Source of the DNA: an uncultured Gammaproteobacteria bacterium
GTDB lineage: Bacteria; Pseudomonadota; Gammaproteobacteria; UBA9214
DNA length: 64,000 bases
Assembly (NCBI GenBank): GCA_963748215.1
Contig: CAVVHS010000008.1
Coordinates: 352,001-416,000, forward strand
Direction: 5' to 3'
Shown: one piece after another, positions 29,945 through 39,038 of the stretch
Layout of the letters: the number at the start of each line of letters is the position of its first letter
How positions within the stretch are numbered: the stretch's first letter is position 1
Made by a program: the position numbers and the translations under genes
The notes under the pieces: model-generated
Seen by the model: only the letters and a program-made list of their open reading frames with translations
What the model was told of the DNA's origin: nothing
Databases searched by the model: none

Positions 29945-31897
29945 ATGAATACCCCTTTTCGTGCCCTTTCCGGGCTGCTGGCCGGCTGCATGTTCAGCGT
30001 CATCCCGGCGTATCTTGTTGCGGAACAATCACCCATCGTGGTGACCGCAACCCGACTGCCGACACCACGTGATGAGGTGGGCAGCAGCGTCACCGTTATC
30101 ACCGCTGCAGACATCGAACACCGGCAATACCGCTCGGTCACGGATGCCCTCAGGTCAGTACCCGGTCTCAGCGTCATTCCATCCGGTGGTGGCATCGGCA
30201 AGCTCACCGTGGTATTCAGCCGCGGCACCGAAAGCAATCACACTCTGTTTCTGATCGATGGCATCGAACTGAACGACCCGGCCGGCACCGATGGCGCGGT
30301 GGACCTGTCCAGCATCTACATCGACGACGTGGATCGCATCGAGATCCTCAACGGCCCGCAGGGCACCCTGTACGGTTCGGACGCCATCGGCGCGGTGATC
30401 CAGGTCTTCACCAAACGCGGCAAGGGTGCGCCGTCCGTGTGGGGGCGCGTGGAAACCGGCAGTTTCGAAACCTTCGCGCAAAGTGCCGGGGTCAGTGCCG
30501 GACAGGGCCGGCTGTCCTATGCACTGAGTGTGCAACACACCGATACCGAAGGTGTCTCGGCGCTGGGCGCGGCATTCCGGCAGAGTGACGGCACGCTGGA
30601 CAAGGACCGGCATGAGAACATCAATCTCGGCACACGCGTTAGCTACGACTTCTCCGAGACCGCCGGCATCGACTTCAGCGGCCGCTTCACACACACCGAG
30701 AACGAGCTTGATCTCAATAACAGTTTCGTCAGCGATGACTCCGACAGCCATGGCCGGCTGGACCAGCTGTTACTGGGTGTGAACGGCCGCATGACGCTGT
30801 TTGATGGCGCCAGCGAACACCGGCTGGGCGTGAGTTATACCGCACTGGACCGCAAGGACGAAGACCTGGCCGATCCGGTCAACAGCGCCGACTCCAGCCT
30901 TGAAACCAACCGCGGCTGGAAGCGCAAGGTTGAACTGCAGAATGATTTCTACATGCTTGAACATCATGTTATCACCTTCGGTCTCGAAACCGAGGAAGAC
31001 ACCGTGCGCTCGAGTGTCAATGCCGGTTTTCTCGATTTCTTCAACGCACCGGCCAGCATCAGCAGCTCGGTCAGCGCCGCAGTCCGCAACAACGCCGCCT
31101 ATCTGCAGGACCAGTTCACGTTCGGCGAACTGACCGGTACCGCGGGCATACGTATCGACAAGCATGAACGCTTCGAGCATGAAACCACCTGGCGACTGGC
31201 GCTGTCCCGGCGTTTCCCGGATCTGTCGACGCGTATCCGCGGCAGCATTGCCACCGGGTTCAAGGCCCCTACGGCAAACCAGCTGTTCGTCGACTCGGTC
31301 ACCAGTTTCGGGCCGTTCACCGGCAACCCGAACCTGCGGCCGGAAACCAGCCGCGGCTGGGAACTGGGGGCGGACCGGAGCTTCGCCAATGACCGCTTCA
31401 GTGCAGGCGTGACCTGGTACCAGCAGCGCATTCGCAACCTGATCACCTTCAACAACACCTTCACCAGCAATGAAAACCGCGACCGGGTAAATATACGCGG
31501 GGCCGAGGCCAACCTGAGCGGCAAATTCGGTGACACGCTGACTGCCCGCCTCGGCGCCAGCTACACGCGCAGCGAGGACGCAGTAACCGGTGAAAACCTG
31601 CTGCGCCGGCCCCTGCGCAAGGTCTCGCTGTCAATCGATCATGCCGTCTCGGCGGCAACACGGCTTGGCCTCGAGACCATCTACACCGGACCGCGCTACG
31701 ACATCGACGCGGTCAGCTTTGCCCGCAAACGCCGCAGCGGCTACAGCCTGGTCAATCTCACCGCCAGCCATACGGCGAATCACAACCTGACGCTGCATGC
31801 GCGAGTGACGAATCTCACCGACAAGGATTACGAGGAACCGGACGGTTTTGCGCAACCGGGCATCGGCGCCTTCTTCGGTGTTACGGTTAGCAACTGA
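29945..31897 (+). CDS. btuB: TonB-dependent receptor, probable vitamin B12 transporter
   Basis: IVVTATR, plug domain (RGTESNHTLFLIDG, RIEILNGPQGTLYGSDAIG), GNPNLRPE, LLRRP; directly downstream of the riboswitch. Confidence 0.88.
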   Translation: MNTPFRALSGLLAGCMFSVIPAYLVAEQSPIVVTATRLPTPRDEVGSSVTVITAADIEHRQYRSVTDALRSVPGLSVIPSGGGIGKLTVVFSRGTESNHTLFLIDGIELNDPAGTDGAVDLSSIYIDDVDRIEILNGPQGTLYGSDAIGAVIQVFTKRGKGAPSVWGRVETGSFETFAQSAGVSAGQGRLSYALSVQHTDTEGVSALGAAFRQSDGTLDKDRHENINLGTRVSYDFSETAGIDFSGRFTHTENELDLNNSFVSDDSDSHGRLDQLLLGVNGRMTLFDGASEHRLGVSYTALDRKDEDLADPVNSADSSLETNRGWKRKVELQNDFYMLEHHVITFGLETEEDTVRSSVNAGFLDFFNAPASISSSVSAAVRNNAAYLQDQFTFGELTGTAGIRIDKHERFEHETTWRLALSRRFPDLSTRIRGSIATGFKAPTANQLFVDSVTSFGPFTGNPNLRPETSRGWELGADRSFANDRFSAGVTWYQQRIRNLITFNNTFTSNENRDRVNIRGAEANLSGKFGDTLTARLGASYTRSEDAVTGENLLRRPLRKVSLSIDHAVSAATRLGLETIYTGPRYDIDAVSFARKRRSGYSLVNLTASHTANHNLTLHARVTNLTDKDYEEPDGFAQPGIGAFFGVTVSN

Positions 31898-31915
31898 TCA
31901 TCCTTTTTCGAAGAC

Positions 31916-32563
31916 ATGAACAAGACCCGCCACCTGCTGCCCCTGTGTCTCTGTGCCTCGCTCGCCGCACATCTGGCGGTGCTGCTGTATATGCCAGCAA
32001 CGCCACCCGCACCACACAGTCAGTTACCGGGAAATGCGGGCCTGCAGCTCACACTGACACGCGCCGGTGCCGGCACACTACCACAGCCAGCGACAGCGGC
32101 CACAGAACACCCCGCTGCCAGCAACCGGTCGATACGCGAGCACATCCCCGAGGCACCAGCCAAACCGGTTCATCACCGGCAGGAAACAACGAACACCGCG
32201 AAGACTGCCGCCGTAACAGTTTCAACCCGTCAGACAGACCCGGCCGCACTGCCGGAGACCCGAACCACAGCCGGCTCTACCCTGACGGCGCAGCTGCATG
32301 ATGCCATGCTGCCCTACTTTCACTATCCCCTGCTGGCACGGCGGCGCGGCTGGGAAGGCACGGTGCGGGTCGGCCTGCGGATCAGTGCCGACGGCAAGAT
32401 CAGTCAGCTGCGCATCGTCGAGACCAGTCACCATGCCGTGCTGGACGAGGCCGCGATCGAGTGTCTGCGCAAGGTCCGGCAAATGCCCGGTACACTGGCA
32501 TGGCTGGATGGCCGCGATTCGGATATCGTGTTACCCGTTGTATACCAACTGACGGACAGCTGA
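31916..32563 (+). CDS. TonB-family energy transducer
   Basis: SLAAH TM motif, Pro/Thr linker, YPLLARRRGWEGTV...TSHHAVLDEAA. Confidence 0.88.
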   Translation: MNKTRHLLPLCLCASLAAHLAVLLYMPATPPAPHSQLPGNAGLQLTLTRAGAGTLPQPATAATEHPAASNRSIREHIPEAPAKPVHHRQETTNTAKTAAVTVSTRQTDPAALPETRTTAGSTLTAQLHDAMLPYFHYPLLARRRGWEGTVRVGLRISADGKISQLRIVETSHHAVLDEAAIECLRKVRQMPGTLAWLDGRDSDIVLPVVYQLTDS

Positions 32564-32564
32564 C

Positions 32565-33113
32565 ATGGGCAACCGCCTGACCCGAATCTACACCCGCACC
32601 GGCGACGATGGCTCGACCGGGCTTGGTGATGGTGCACGCGTCGCCAAGGATGATGCTCGCATCGAGGCCATCGGTGATGTCGATGAACTGAACTGCAGCA
32701 TCGGCCTTTTGCTTTGCGAGTCCCTGCCGGAGGAGATCCGGGCCTGTCTGCTGAATGTCCAGCATCGTCTGTTCGATCTCGGCGGCGAACTCAGCATACC
32801 CGGCACTGCCATGGTCAGCGACGAGCGGGCGCAGGAACTGGAAGTCCTGCTCGACAGGCTGAATGAACAACTGCCGCCCCTCAGGGACTTCATCCTTCCC
32901 GGCGGCAGCCCGGCCGCGGCTCGCTGCCATGCCGCACGCGCGGTTTGCCGTCGCGCCGAGCGACGCGTCTATACCCTGTCCAGAAAGGCGCAGCTGAACA
33001 GCGCCAGCCTGCGTTATCTGAACCGCCTCTCCGACCTGCTGTTCGTCATGGCACGATTCCTGAACAAACAGGCTGGCGAACCGGATGTGCTGTGGCAGCA
33101 CGAGCGCGAGTAG
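32565..33113 (+). CDS. PduO-type cob(I)alamin adenosyltransferase
   Basis: IYTRTGDDGST, GDVDELN, FILPGG, RAVCRRAER, YLNRLSDLLF. Confidence 0.95.
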   Translation: MGNRLTRIYTRTGDDGSTGLGDGARVAKDDARIEAIGDVDELNCSIGLLLCESLPEEIRACLLNVQHRLFDLGGELSIPGTAMVSDERAQELEVLLDRLNEQLPPLRDFILPGGSPAAARCHAARAVCRRAERRVYTLSRKAQLNSASLRYLNRLSDLLFVMARFLNKQAGEPDVLWQHERE

Positions 33114-33138
33114 GCACTACTGCACAGACAAGCCCGCT

Positions 33139-33346
33139 CTCGCGCCAGGACGCCAGGATGCCGGGTAAATCACATCACCTGTAGGAGCGGACCGCGTCCG
33201 CGATGTTTTTTCCTTCAAAAAAATAATCGCGCTTGCGAAGCGCTCCTACAGATATTGCTCACGTACCAGGAACACCATAAACCTCTATTTTCCTGCGAGC
33301 CCTCCGTGGCAATGCTTTTCCTGGCGCCTTTGCGTCTTGGCGCGAG
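33139..33346. repeat. Nested REP-like inverted-repeat composite between convergent genes
   Basis: Inner GTAG-type doublet TGTAGGAGCG (33180-89) / CGCTCCTACA (33241-50). Outer imperfect inverted repeat at 33139-33165 / 33320-33346. Confidence 0.75.
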
Positions 33347-33363
33347 CCATATTATTCCACACA

Positions 33364-34260
33364 CTACTGTCGCTCCTGCGCATCTCCCTCACGCACCTTG
33401 TCGAGTATCCGGCACAGCTGTTCCGCGCCGTCCAGGATGCGCGGCGTATGCCGTACCAGCAGGTCGCGCCCGATTTCGTACAGGTGCCCCTGCCTGACTG
33501 CCGCGAGCCGCGTCCAGTGCCGCCAGGGGGCCAGAAGGCGCCCGGCCTCCTTCTGTCCCGCTGCCACCACAATGACCTGGGGATCGCGCGCCAGCACGGC
33601 CTCAATGCCGATCTGCGGCGCCAGGTCCGGCAGGTCGGCGAACACATTGCTGCCGCCACACAGGCGCATCACATCGCTGATGAGGTGCGCACCATTGACC
33701 GTCATCAGCGGCCGGTCCCAGACCTGGTAGTAAACGCGTATCGGCGCACGCCCCGGTACTGTCCGGCGCAGGGCGGCGAGGCGCCGATCGAATGCTTCGA
33801 TCACGGGTTGCGCGGCCGTTTCGGTTCCGGCCAGCCGCGCCAGCCTGTCGATAGTGCGCGGGATCGCGGCCAGGTCACGCGGCTCCGAGATAAATACGGT
33901 CAGGCCGAGCTCGCGCAGGCGCTGCACCTGGAACGCCGGATTGCCGCTCTGCCAGGCCACGACGAGATCGGGTCGCAGGGCGAGGATGCGCTCCAGATCC
34001 AGACCGCCACCACCACCGATGCGCGTGATGCCGCGCGCTGCATCCGGATAGTCACTGTATTCGGACACACCGATCACCCTCTCGCCCGCACCGGCGGCGA
34101 ACAGCAATTCAGTGATGTGCGGCGCCAGGCTGACGATACGCCGCGCAGGACCTGCGAGTACGATCTGCCGCTCGCCGTCATCGGTGACGCGCACTTCGGA
34201 CAACGCGGGCCCGGGCACCAGGGAACAGGCCACGAACCAGGCCACAACCCGACAGGGCAT
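33364..34260 (-). CDS. btuF: Cobalamin-binding periplasmic protein
   Basis: RIVSLAPHITELLFAAGAG, SEYSDYP, LRPDLVVAWQSGN, CGGSNVF, TPRILDG. Start uncertain. Confidence 0.85.
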   Translation of the reverse strand: MPCRVVAWFVACSLVPGPALSEVRVTDDGERQIVLAGPARRIVSLAPHITELLFAAGAGERVIGVSEYSDYPDAARGITRIGGGGGLDLERILALRPDLVVAWQSGNPAFQVQRLRELGLTVFISEPRDLAAIPRTIDRLARLAGTETAAQPVIEAFDRRLAALRRTVPGRAPIRVYYQVWDRPLMTVNGAHLISDVMRLCGGSNVFADLPDLAPQIGIEAVLARDPQVIVVAAGQKEAGRLLAPWRHWTRLAAVRQGHLYEIGRDLLVRHTPRILDGAEQLCRILDKVREGDAQERQ

Positions 34261-34424
34261 TCTGCAACCGCCGGGCAGACAACGCGCAGCAAACCCCATG
34301 GCGGGTCTCCAGGTAACGGAAGGTGTAAACCGGTTCCGTATATCATACCCTCCGGGCACCCCGGCCGGCGTTGCATTGCGATATACTCCCGGTTGATTCA
34401 CCCAGCACAGGCGAAATCGCGCAT

Positions 34425-35192
34425 ATGACACCACCGGTAGTTGTCGTCGGCATCGGCGAGATGGGCAGCGTTTTCGCGCGCGGTTTCCTGCGCACCGGTC
34501 ACCCGGTTTATCCTGTCACGCGACACACGGACATCAAGAACGTCGCCCAGCAGCTTCCGGCGCCCGAACTGGTGCTGGTCGCCGTCGCGGAAAACAGCCT
34601 GCACGAAGTACTGGAAACTCTGCCCGCTGCATGGCATGGGCGCGTCGCCCTGCTGCAGAACGAGCTCCTGCCGCGCGACTGGGAACAGTACGGACTGGTA
34701 CGGCCAACGGTGATCTCGGTCTGGTTCGAAAAAAAGCGCGGCCGTGACGTCAAGGTGCTCATCCCGTCGCCGATCCATGGTCCGCATGCGAACCTGCTGC
34801 GGGACTGCCTGGCAAGCCTGGATATTCCGACGCGGGTACTTGACAGTGAACGGGAACTGTTGTTCGAACTGGTCGTGAAAAACGTCTATATCGTCACCAC
34901 CAACTGTGCCGGCCTGATTACCGGCGGCACCGTCAGCCAACTCCGGGACCAGCACCATGACCTGGCACAGGACGTGGCGCATGAGGTGATCCGCATACAG
35001 GAATCCCTGGCCGGCCAGCAATTCGACGCGGATCGAGTGATGGATGCGATGCTTGCCGCCTTTGCCGGCGATCCTGAGCACAGGTGCACCGGTCGCAGCG
35101 CCCCGGCGCGCCTGGCACGCGCCCTGCAACAGGCGGAAAGCGCCGGCATCAACACCCCGGTGCTGCGCATGATCGCGGACCGGAATCGCTGA
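34425..35192 (+). CDS. Rossmann-fold protein (ketopantoate-reductase-like), function unknown
   Basis: VVVVGIGEMG dinucleotide-binding motif; LLQNELLP; KN motif. Confidence 0.7.
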   Translation: MTPPVVVVGIGEMGSVFARGFLRTGHPVYPVTRHTDIKNVAQQLPAPELVLVAVAENSLHEVLETLPAAWHGRVALLQNELLPRDWEQYGLVRPTVISVWFEKKRGRDVKVLIPSPIHGPHANLLRDCLASLDIPTRVLDSERELLFELVVKNVYIVTTNCAGLITGGTVSQLRDQHHDLAQDVAHEVIRIQESLAGQQFDADRVMDAMLAAFAGDPEHRCTGRSAPARLARALQQAESAGINTPVLRMIADRNR

Positions 35193-35320
35193 GATGCAAG
35201 GCACAGTCCGACCAATTTCATCGGTATACACACGTCCAGTCGGGCATGGCGCCTTGACAGGCCGCACGCTGTACCCCTAAGGTGAACGTGCAGTACTGCC
35301 CCGAAAACGGAAACAACTTC

Positions 35321-37921
35321 TTGTACAAGTCCCGTCACACGCCCTCCGTCAAAAGCACCTTCCTCTCCCTGCTGGGGATTGCATTGTTCACGCTGACCGG
35401 ATGCGGGGGCGGCGGTGGTGGTGGTGGTGGCTCAGGCAGCACCTCGAGCAGCATCGGCTTCACGGTCAGTGGCACCCTGCAGGCAGCGGGTGGCAATGCC
35501 GTCGACAGCGACGTGAACGACCCCTTCGCGCCCTATGCCGCCAATGACAGCATCGCAACGGCCCAGGCCATTCCGAATCCGGTAGTGGTCGGCGGTTATC
35601 TTAACGAGCCCGGCGCGGGCCCGGCCGGTCGCTCCCAGACCATCGGCGATACTGCCGATTTTTTCCGGATTACCCTGACGGCAAACCAGTCTGTGATCCT
35701 GAATATCGCCGATCATGCCGCCGCTGATCTGGACCTGTTTCTTTACGACACAAACAATGCCATCGTCGCCAGCTCGACGGGTACGCTCGCCACGGAAATT
35801 CTGACCGCCCCCGCGACCGGCACCTATACCCTGCGTGTCGCCATCTTTCCCACGGTAATCGCGGGCGCCTCCGGTTACACCCTGACCCTGGGGCAGCAAT
35901 TAACTACAGCCATCGCCGCGGACCTGCGCCTGGAGGATGACTTTATACCCGGCGATATCATAGCCAGCTTCAAACCCGGCAGCGGCGCCGGCAAGGCAAC
36001 CGCCGGCACGCTGGCCGCGACCGGCCTGGCACAGAAGGCCGGCGCATCCGACCGCCCCGTGCTGCTGACGGTACCCGTACCCGTCACCGCATCTGCCGCT
36101 GCAGGCGGCACAATGGCAAGGGCGCTGGCCTCCGACAGCCGCCTGCAGCACAAATGGGAAACCATCCGCGCCATCAAGCAGCTCAGGCAACGGCCGGATA
36201 TCGAGTATGCCGAACCCAACTACCGCCGCATGCCGACGCTGGCGCCCGACGACACGAATTACCCGCTGCAGTGGCATTACCCGCTGATCAACCTGCCCCA
36301 GGCCTGGGACATCACCACCGGCGCCGTTACCGTCGTCGTCGCCGTGGTGGATACCGGCATCCTCGCCGGCCACCCGGACCTGCAGGGACAGGTCGGACAG
36401 GGCTACGACTTCATCAGCGATGTCGCCAACGCCCTGGACGGTAACGGTATCGATGCCGACCCTGAAGATCCGGGCGACGGCGGCGTGGCCGGCAACAGCA
36501 GCTTTCACGGCACCCACGTGGCCGGCACAGTCGCCGCTGCGACCGGCAATGCCACCGGCGTCGCGGGCGCGAGCTGGGCGACCACCCTCATGCCGTTGCG
36601 CGCCCTCGGCCTGAACGGTGGCACCACCTATGACATTATGCAGTCCCTGCTCTACGCGGCGCAGTTGCCGAACGACTCGGGCGGCATCCCCGCGCAACGC
36701 GCGGACATCATCAACCTGAGCCTCGGCGGTTACAGCTTCTCCCAGACCGAGCAGAACATCATCAACCAGGTCCGCAACCAGGGTGTAATGATCGTGGCCG
36801 CGGCAGGCAACGATGCATCCAGCAACCTGTTCTACCCGGCATCCTACAATGGCGTGATTTCCGTGAGCGCCGTCGATATCAACCGGCAGGCGGCGCCCTA
36901 CTCGAATTTCGGGGCGCAGATCGATATCGCTGCACCGGGCGGCAACACGGCAACGGATATCAACGGCGACGGTTATCCCGACGGCGTGCTCAGCACCAGC
37001 GGCGACGATTCGATCGTCACTCCAGCCCAGTACCTGTACCGTTTCCTGCAGGGTACGTCCATGGCGTCACCGCACGTGGCGGGTGTGCTGGCGCTGATGA
37101 AGGCCGCCATGCCGACGCTGACGCCGGCCGATGTCGACAACCTGCTCCTCAACGGCCAGATGACCACCGACCTGGGCACGCCCGGCCGCGACAATATCTA
37201 CGGCCACGGCATGATCGATGCCCACAAGGCCGTGGTGGCGGCACTGGGCGGCATCTCGCCGGTGCCACCGACACTGGTTGCCTCGCCCTCGGCACTGAAC
37301 TTCAGCACGCTGGGCACCACCGCCCTGCTGACCGTCGCCAACGGCGGCGGCGGGACTCTGAGCGTCAACCCACCCACGGATGATGCCAGCTGGCTGAACG
37401 TTACGCCCGGCGCCATCGATCCCGGCACCGGCGCCGGCACCTATATAGTCAGCGTCTCGCGTACCGGACTGGCAGAAAACATCTATACCGCGACCATCAC
37501 CATCACCTCGTCGGCCAATAGCGTGCAGATCCCGGTCATCATGCAGGTCTCGACCCTGAGTCAGAACGCCGATGCCGGCTACCAGTACGTACTGCTGATC
37601 GACCAGGCCACCGGCACCCCGAAATACCAGACCGGCGTGGCCGCCAGCAACGGCACCTATCAGTACAGCATTTCCGGCGTCGCCGCGGGAACCTATGAAC
37701 TGATAGCCGGCAGCGACCTGGATAACAACGGCACCATTTGCGTGTCCGGCGAGTCCTGCGGCGCTTATGTCTCGCTTGATCAGCCCACGCCGGTGACGGT
37801 GAACGGCAACGTCACCGGTCGTGATTTCACCTCCGGTTTCAACGTCATCATCAACGCTACCGCCCGGCAAGCCGGCGCTGCCGGTGTCGCCAGGCCGACC
37901 GTCAAACAGGTCGGCCCGTGA
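35321..37921 (+). CDS. S8 (subtilisin-like) serine protease lipoprotein with PPC-like and C-terminal beta domains
   Basis: Lipobox LTGC plus poly-Gly; catalytic triad VAVVDTG, FHGTHVAGT, GTSMASPHVAG; AAAGN oxyanion motif. Start uncertain (35282 or 35321). Confidence 0.92.
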   Translation: MYKSRHTPSVKSTFLSLLGIALFTLTGCGGGGGGGGGSGSTSSSIGFTVSGTLQAAGGNAVDSDVNDPFAPYAANDSIATAQAIPNPVVVGGYLNEPGAGPAGRSQTIGDTADFFRITLTANQSVILNIADHAAADLDLFLYDTNNAIVASSTGTLATEILTAPATGTYTLRVAIFPTVIAGASGYTLTLGQQLTTAIAADLRLEDDFIPGDIIASFKPGSGAGKATAGTLAATGLAQKAGASDRPVLLTVPVPVTASAAAGGTMARALASDSRLQHKWETIRAIKQLRQRPDIEYAEPNYRRMPTLAPDDTNYPLQWHYPLINLPQAWDITTGAVTVVVAVVDTGILAGHPDLQGQVGQGYDFISDVANALDGNGIDADPEDPGDGGVAGNSSFHGTHVAGTVAAATGNATGVAGASWATTLMPLRALGLNGGTTYDIMQSLLYAAQLPNDSGGIPAQRADIINLSLGGYSFSQTEQNIINQVRNQGVMIVAAAGNDASSNLFYPASYNGVISVSAVDINRQAAPYSNFGAQIDIAAPGGNTATDINGDGYPDGVLSTSGDDSIVTPAQYLYRFLQGTSMASPHVAGVLALMKAAMPTLTPADVDNLLLNGQMTTDLGTPGRDNIYGHGMIDAHKAVVAALGGISPVPPTLVASPSALNFSTLGTTALLTVANGGGGTLSVNPPTDDASWLNVTPGAIDPGTGAGTYIVSVSRTGLAENIYTATITITSSANSVQIPVIMQVSTLSQNADAGYQYVLLIDQATGTPKYQTGVAASNGTYQYSISGVAAGTYELIAGSDLDNNGTICVSGESCGAYVSLDQPTPVTVNGNVTGRDFTSGFNVIINATARQAGAAGVARPTVKQVGP

Positions 37922-38436
37922 TGACGACGACAGGCAGCCGGATCATGTTCCGGCTGGTCGCACTGGCCGCTGCAGGACTCGCCGCCTGCCAGGCCGGCGG
38001 CATCGATCCTCCTGCCGTGGACGACACGCCTGGAATCATCACCCTCGCAGCCGGCACGCAATGCGGCCACAGCGATACCGCGCCGACCGCAAGCTGGCTG
38101 GACACCGCGGACGCCTTGCAGATCGCCTACCGGCGCATGACTCGCCAGTCCCTCGGTGCGAACGCCCTCCCGGCACAGACACCGGATTTCGCAAAGTACG
38201 GCGTGCTGCAGGTATTCATGGGACAGCAGTCCACGGGCGGCTACCAGCTGCGCCTGCTGCATCCGCGTGTCGAGCACCTTGCATCGGGCGCAACCGTGCG
38301 TATCGCGTGGCAGTCACCGCCACCCGGCGCCCTCACCCCCCAGATCATCACCAGCCCCTGCCTGTTGCTGGCGGTACCCCGCGGCAGCTATCAGTCCATC
38401 ACCGTCACGGACCAGACCGGCCGCGCCCGCGCGTAG
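37918..38436 (+). CDS. PrcB C-terminal-domain lipoprotein (protease complex subunit)
   Basis: Lipobox LAAC; MGQQSTGGY and QIITSPC motifs; start overlaps the protease stop codon. Confidence 0.78.
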   Translation: MMTTTGSRIMFRLVALAAAGLAACQAGGIDPPAVDDTPGIITLAAGTQCGHSDTAPTASWLDTADALQIAYRRMTRQSLGANALPAQTPDFAKYGVLQVFMGQQSTGGYQLRLLHPRVEHLASGATVRIAWQSPPPGALTPQIITSPCLLLAVPRGSYQSITVTDQTGRARA

Positions 38437-38461
38437 CCGCGCTGTAGCCGCGCTGTAGCCG
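38433..38461 (+). repeat. 11-bp tandem repeat (GTAGCCGCGCT x2.6)
   Basis: Units at 38433, 38444 and a partial unit at 38455; includes the stop codon of the PrcB-like gene. Confidence 0.8.
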
Positions 38462-38520
38462 GCCGGCATTTTCCGGTACTCGCACCAGCCAGTGCCACTG
38501 GCCGTGCAGGGTATCGGCGG

Positions 38521-38700
38521 ATAATTTTCATATATAGTAAAGGTCATATTTAAATCTATTAATTGCAAAAATAGCAATTAATAGCCATAAAAAGATCTAT
38601 TAAAGTTATTGCATTATGACTTCGATATAACTATATTGTAATAGCACATTTTTAAGATTTTATTGGCATAAAAAGGCTATAATAGTCCTATTATTGACTC
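38521..38700 (+). promoter_or_regulatory. AT-rich promoter/operator region of the TA pair
   Basis: Abruptly AT-rich. TATAAT (38678-83) is overlapped by the palindrome ATAATAG-TC-CTATTAT (38679-94). Confidence 0.65.
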
Positions 38701-38702
38701 TT

Positions 38703-39038
38703 ATGGATCTATATTCACTGACAGATAAGGCCATTGCACGGGAACTGGGCGAACGCCTCAAGGCCCTGCGCCTGCAACGCAATGTCACCCAGAAGGCACT
38801 GGCAGAGTCGACGACCCTGTCACTGAACACCATCAAGGCACTGGAAGGGGGACGCGGCAAGCTGGCAAGCCTGATCGCCGTGCTACGCGAGCTCGGGGCA
38901 CTGGAACAACTCGACAACCTGATCCCCTCCGCCACCGTCATCAGTCCGCTGCAACTGGCCAGGATGCACGGCCGGGAACGCCAGCGGGCTTCCGGCACCC
39001 GCGGCAAGGATCGTGACGGAGACGAGCCCGGGTGGTAA
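38703..39038 (+). CDS. XRE-family HTH protein, HipB-like antitoxin
   Basis: LGERLKALRLQRNVTQKALAE..LSLNTIKALEGG; overlaps the start of the hipA-like gene. Confidence 0.88.
   Translation: MDLYSLTDKAIARELGERLKALRLQRNVTQKALAESTTLSLNTIKALEGGRGKLASLIAVLRELGALEQLDNLIPSATVISPLQLARMHGRERQRASGTRGKDRDGDEPGW

Noticed and set aside
35405-35431. GGC/GGT triplet run as a phase-variable repeat
   Set aside because: An in-frame poly-Gly linker after the lipobox; unit changes would not shift the frame.
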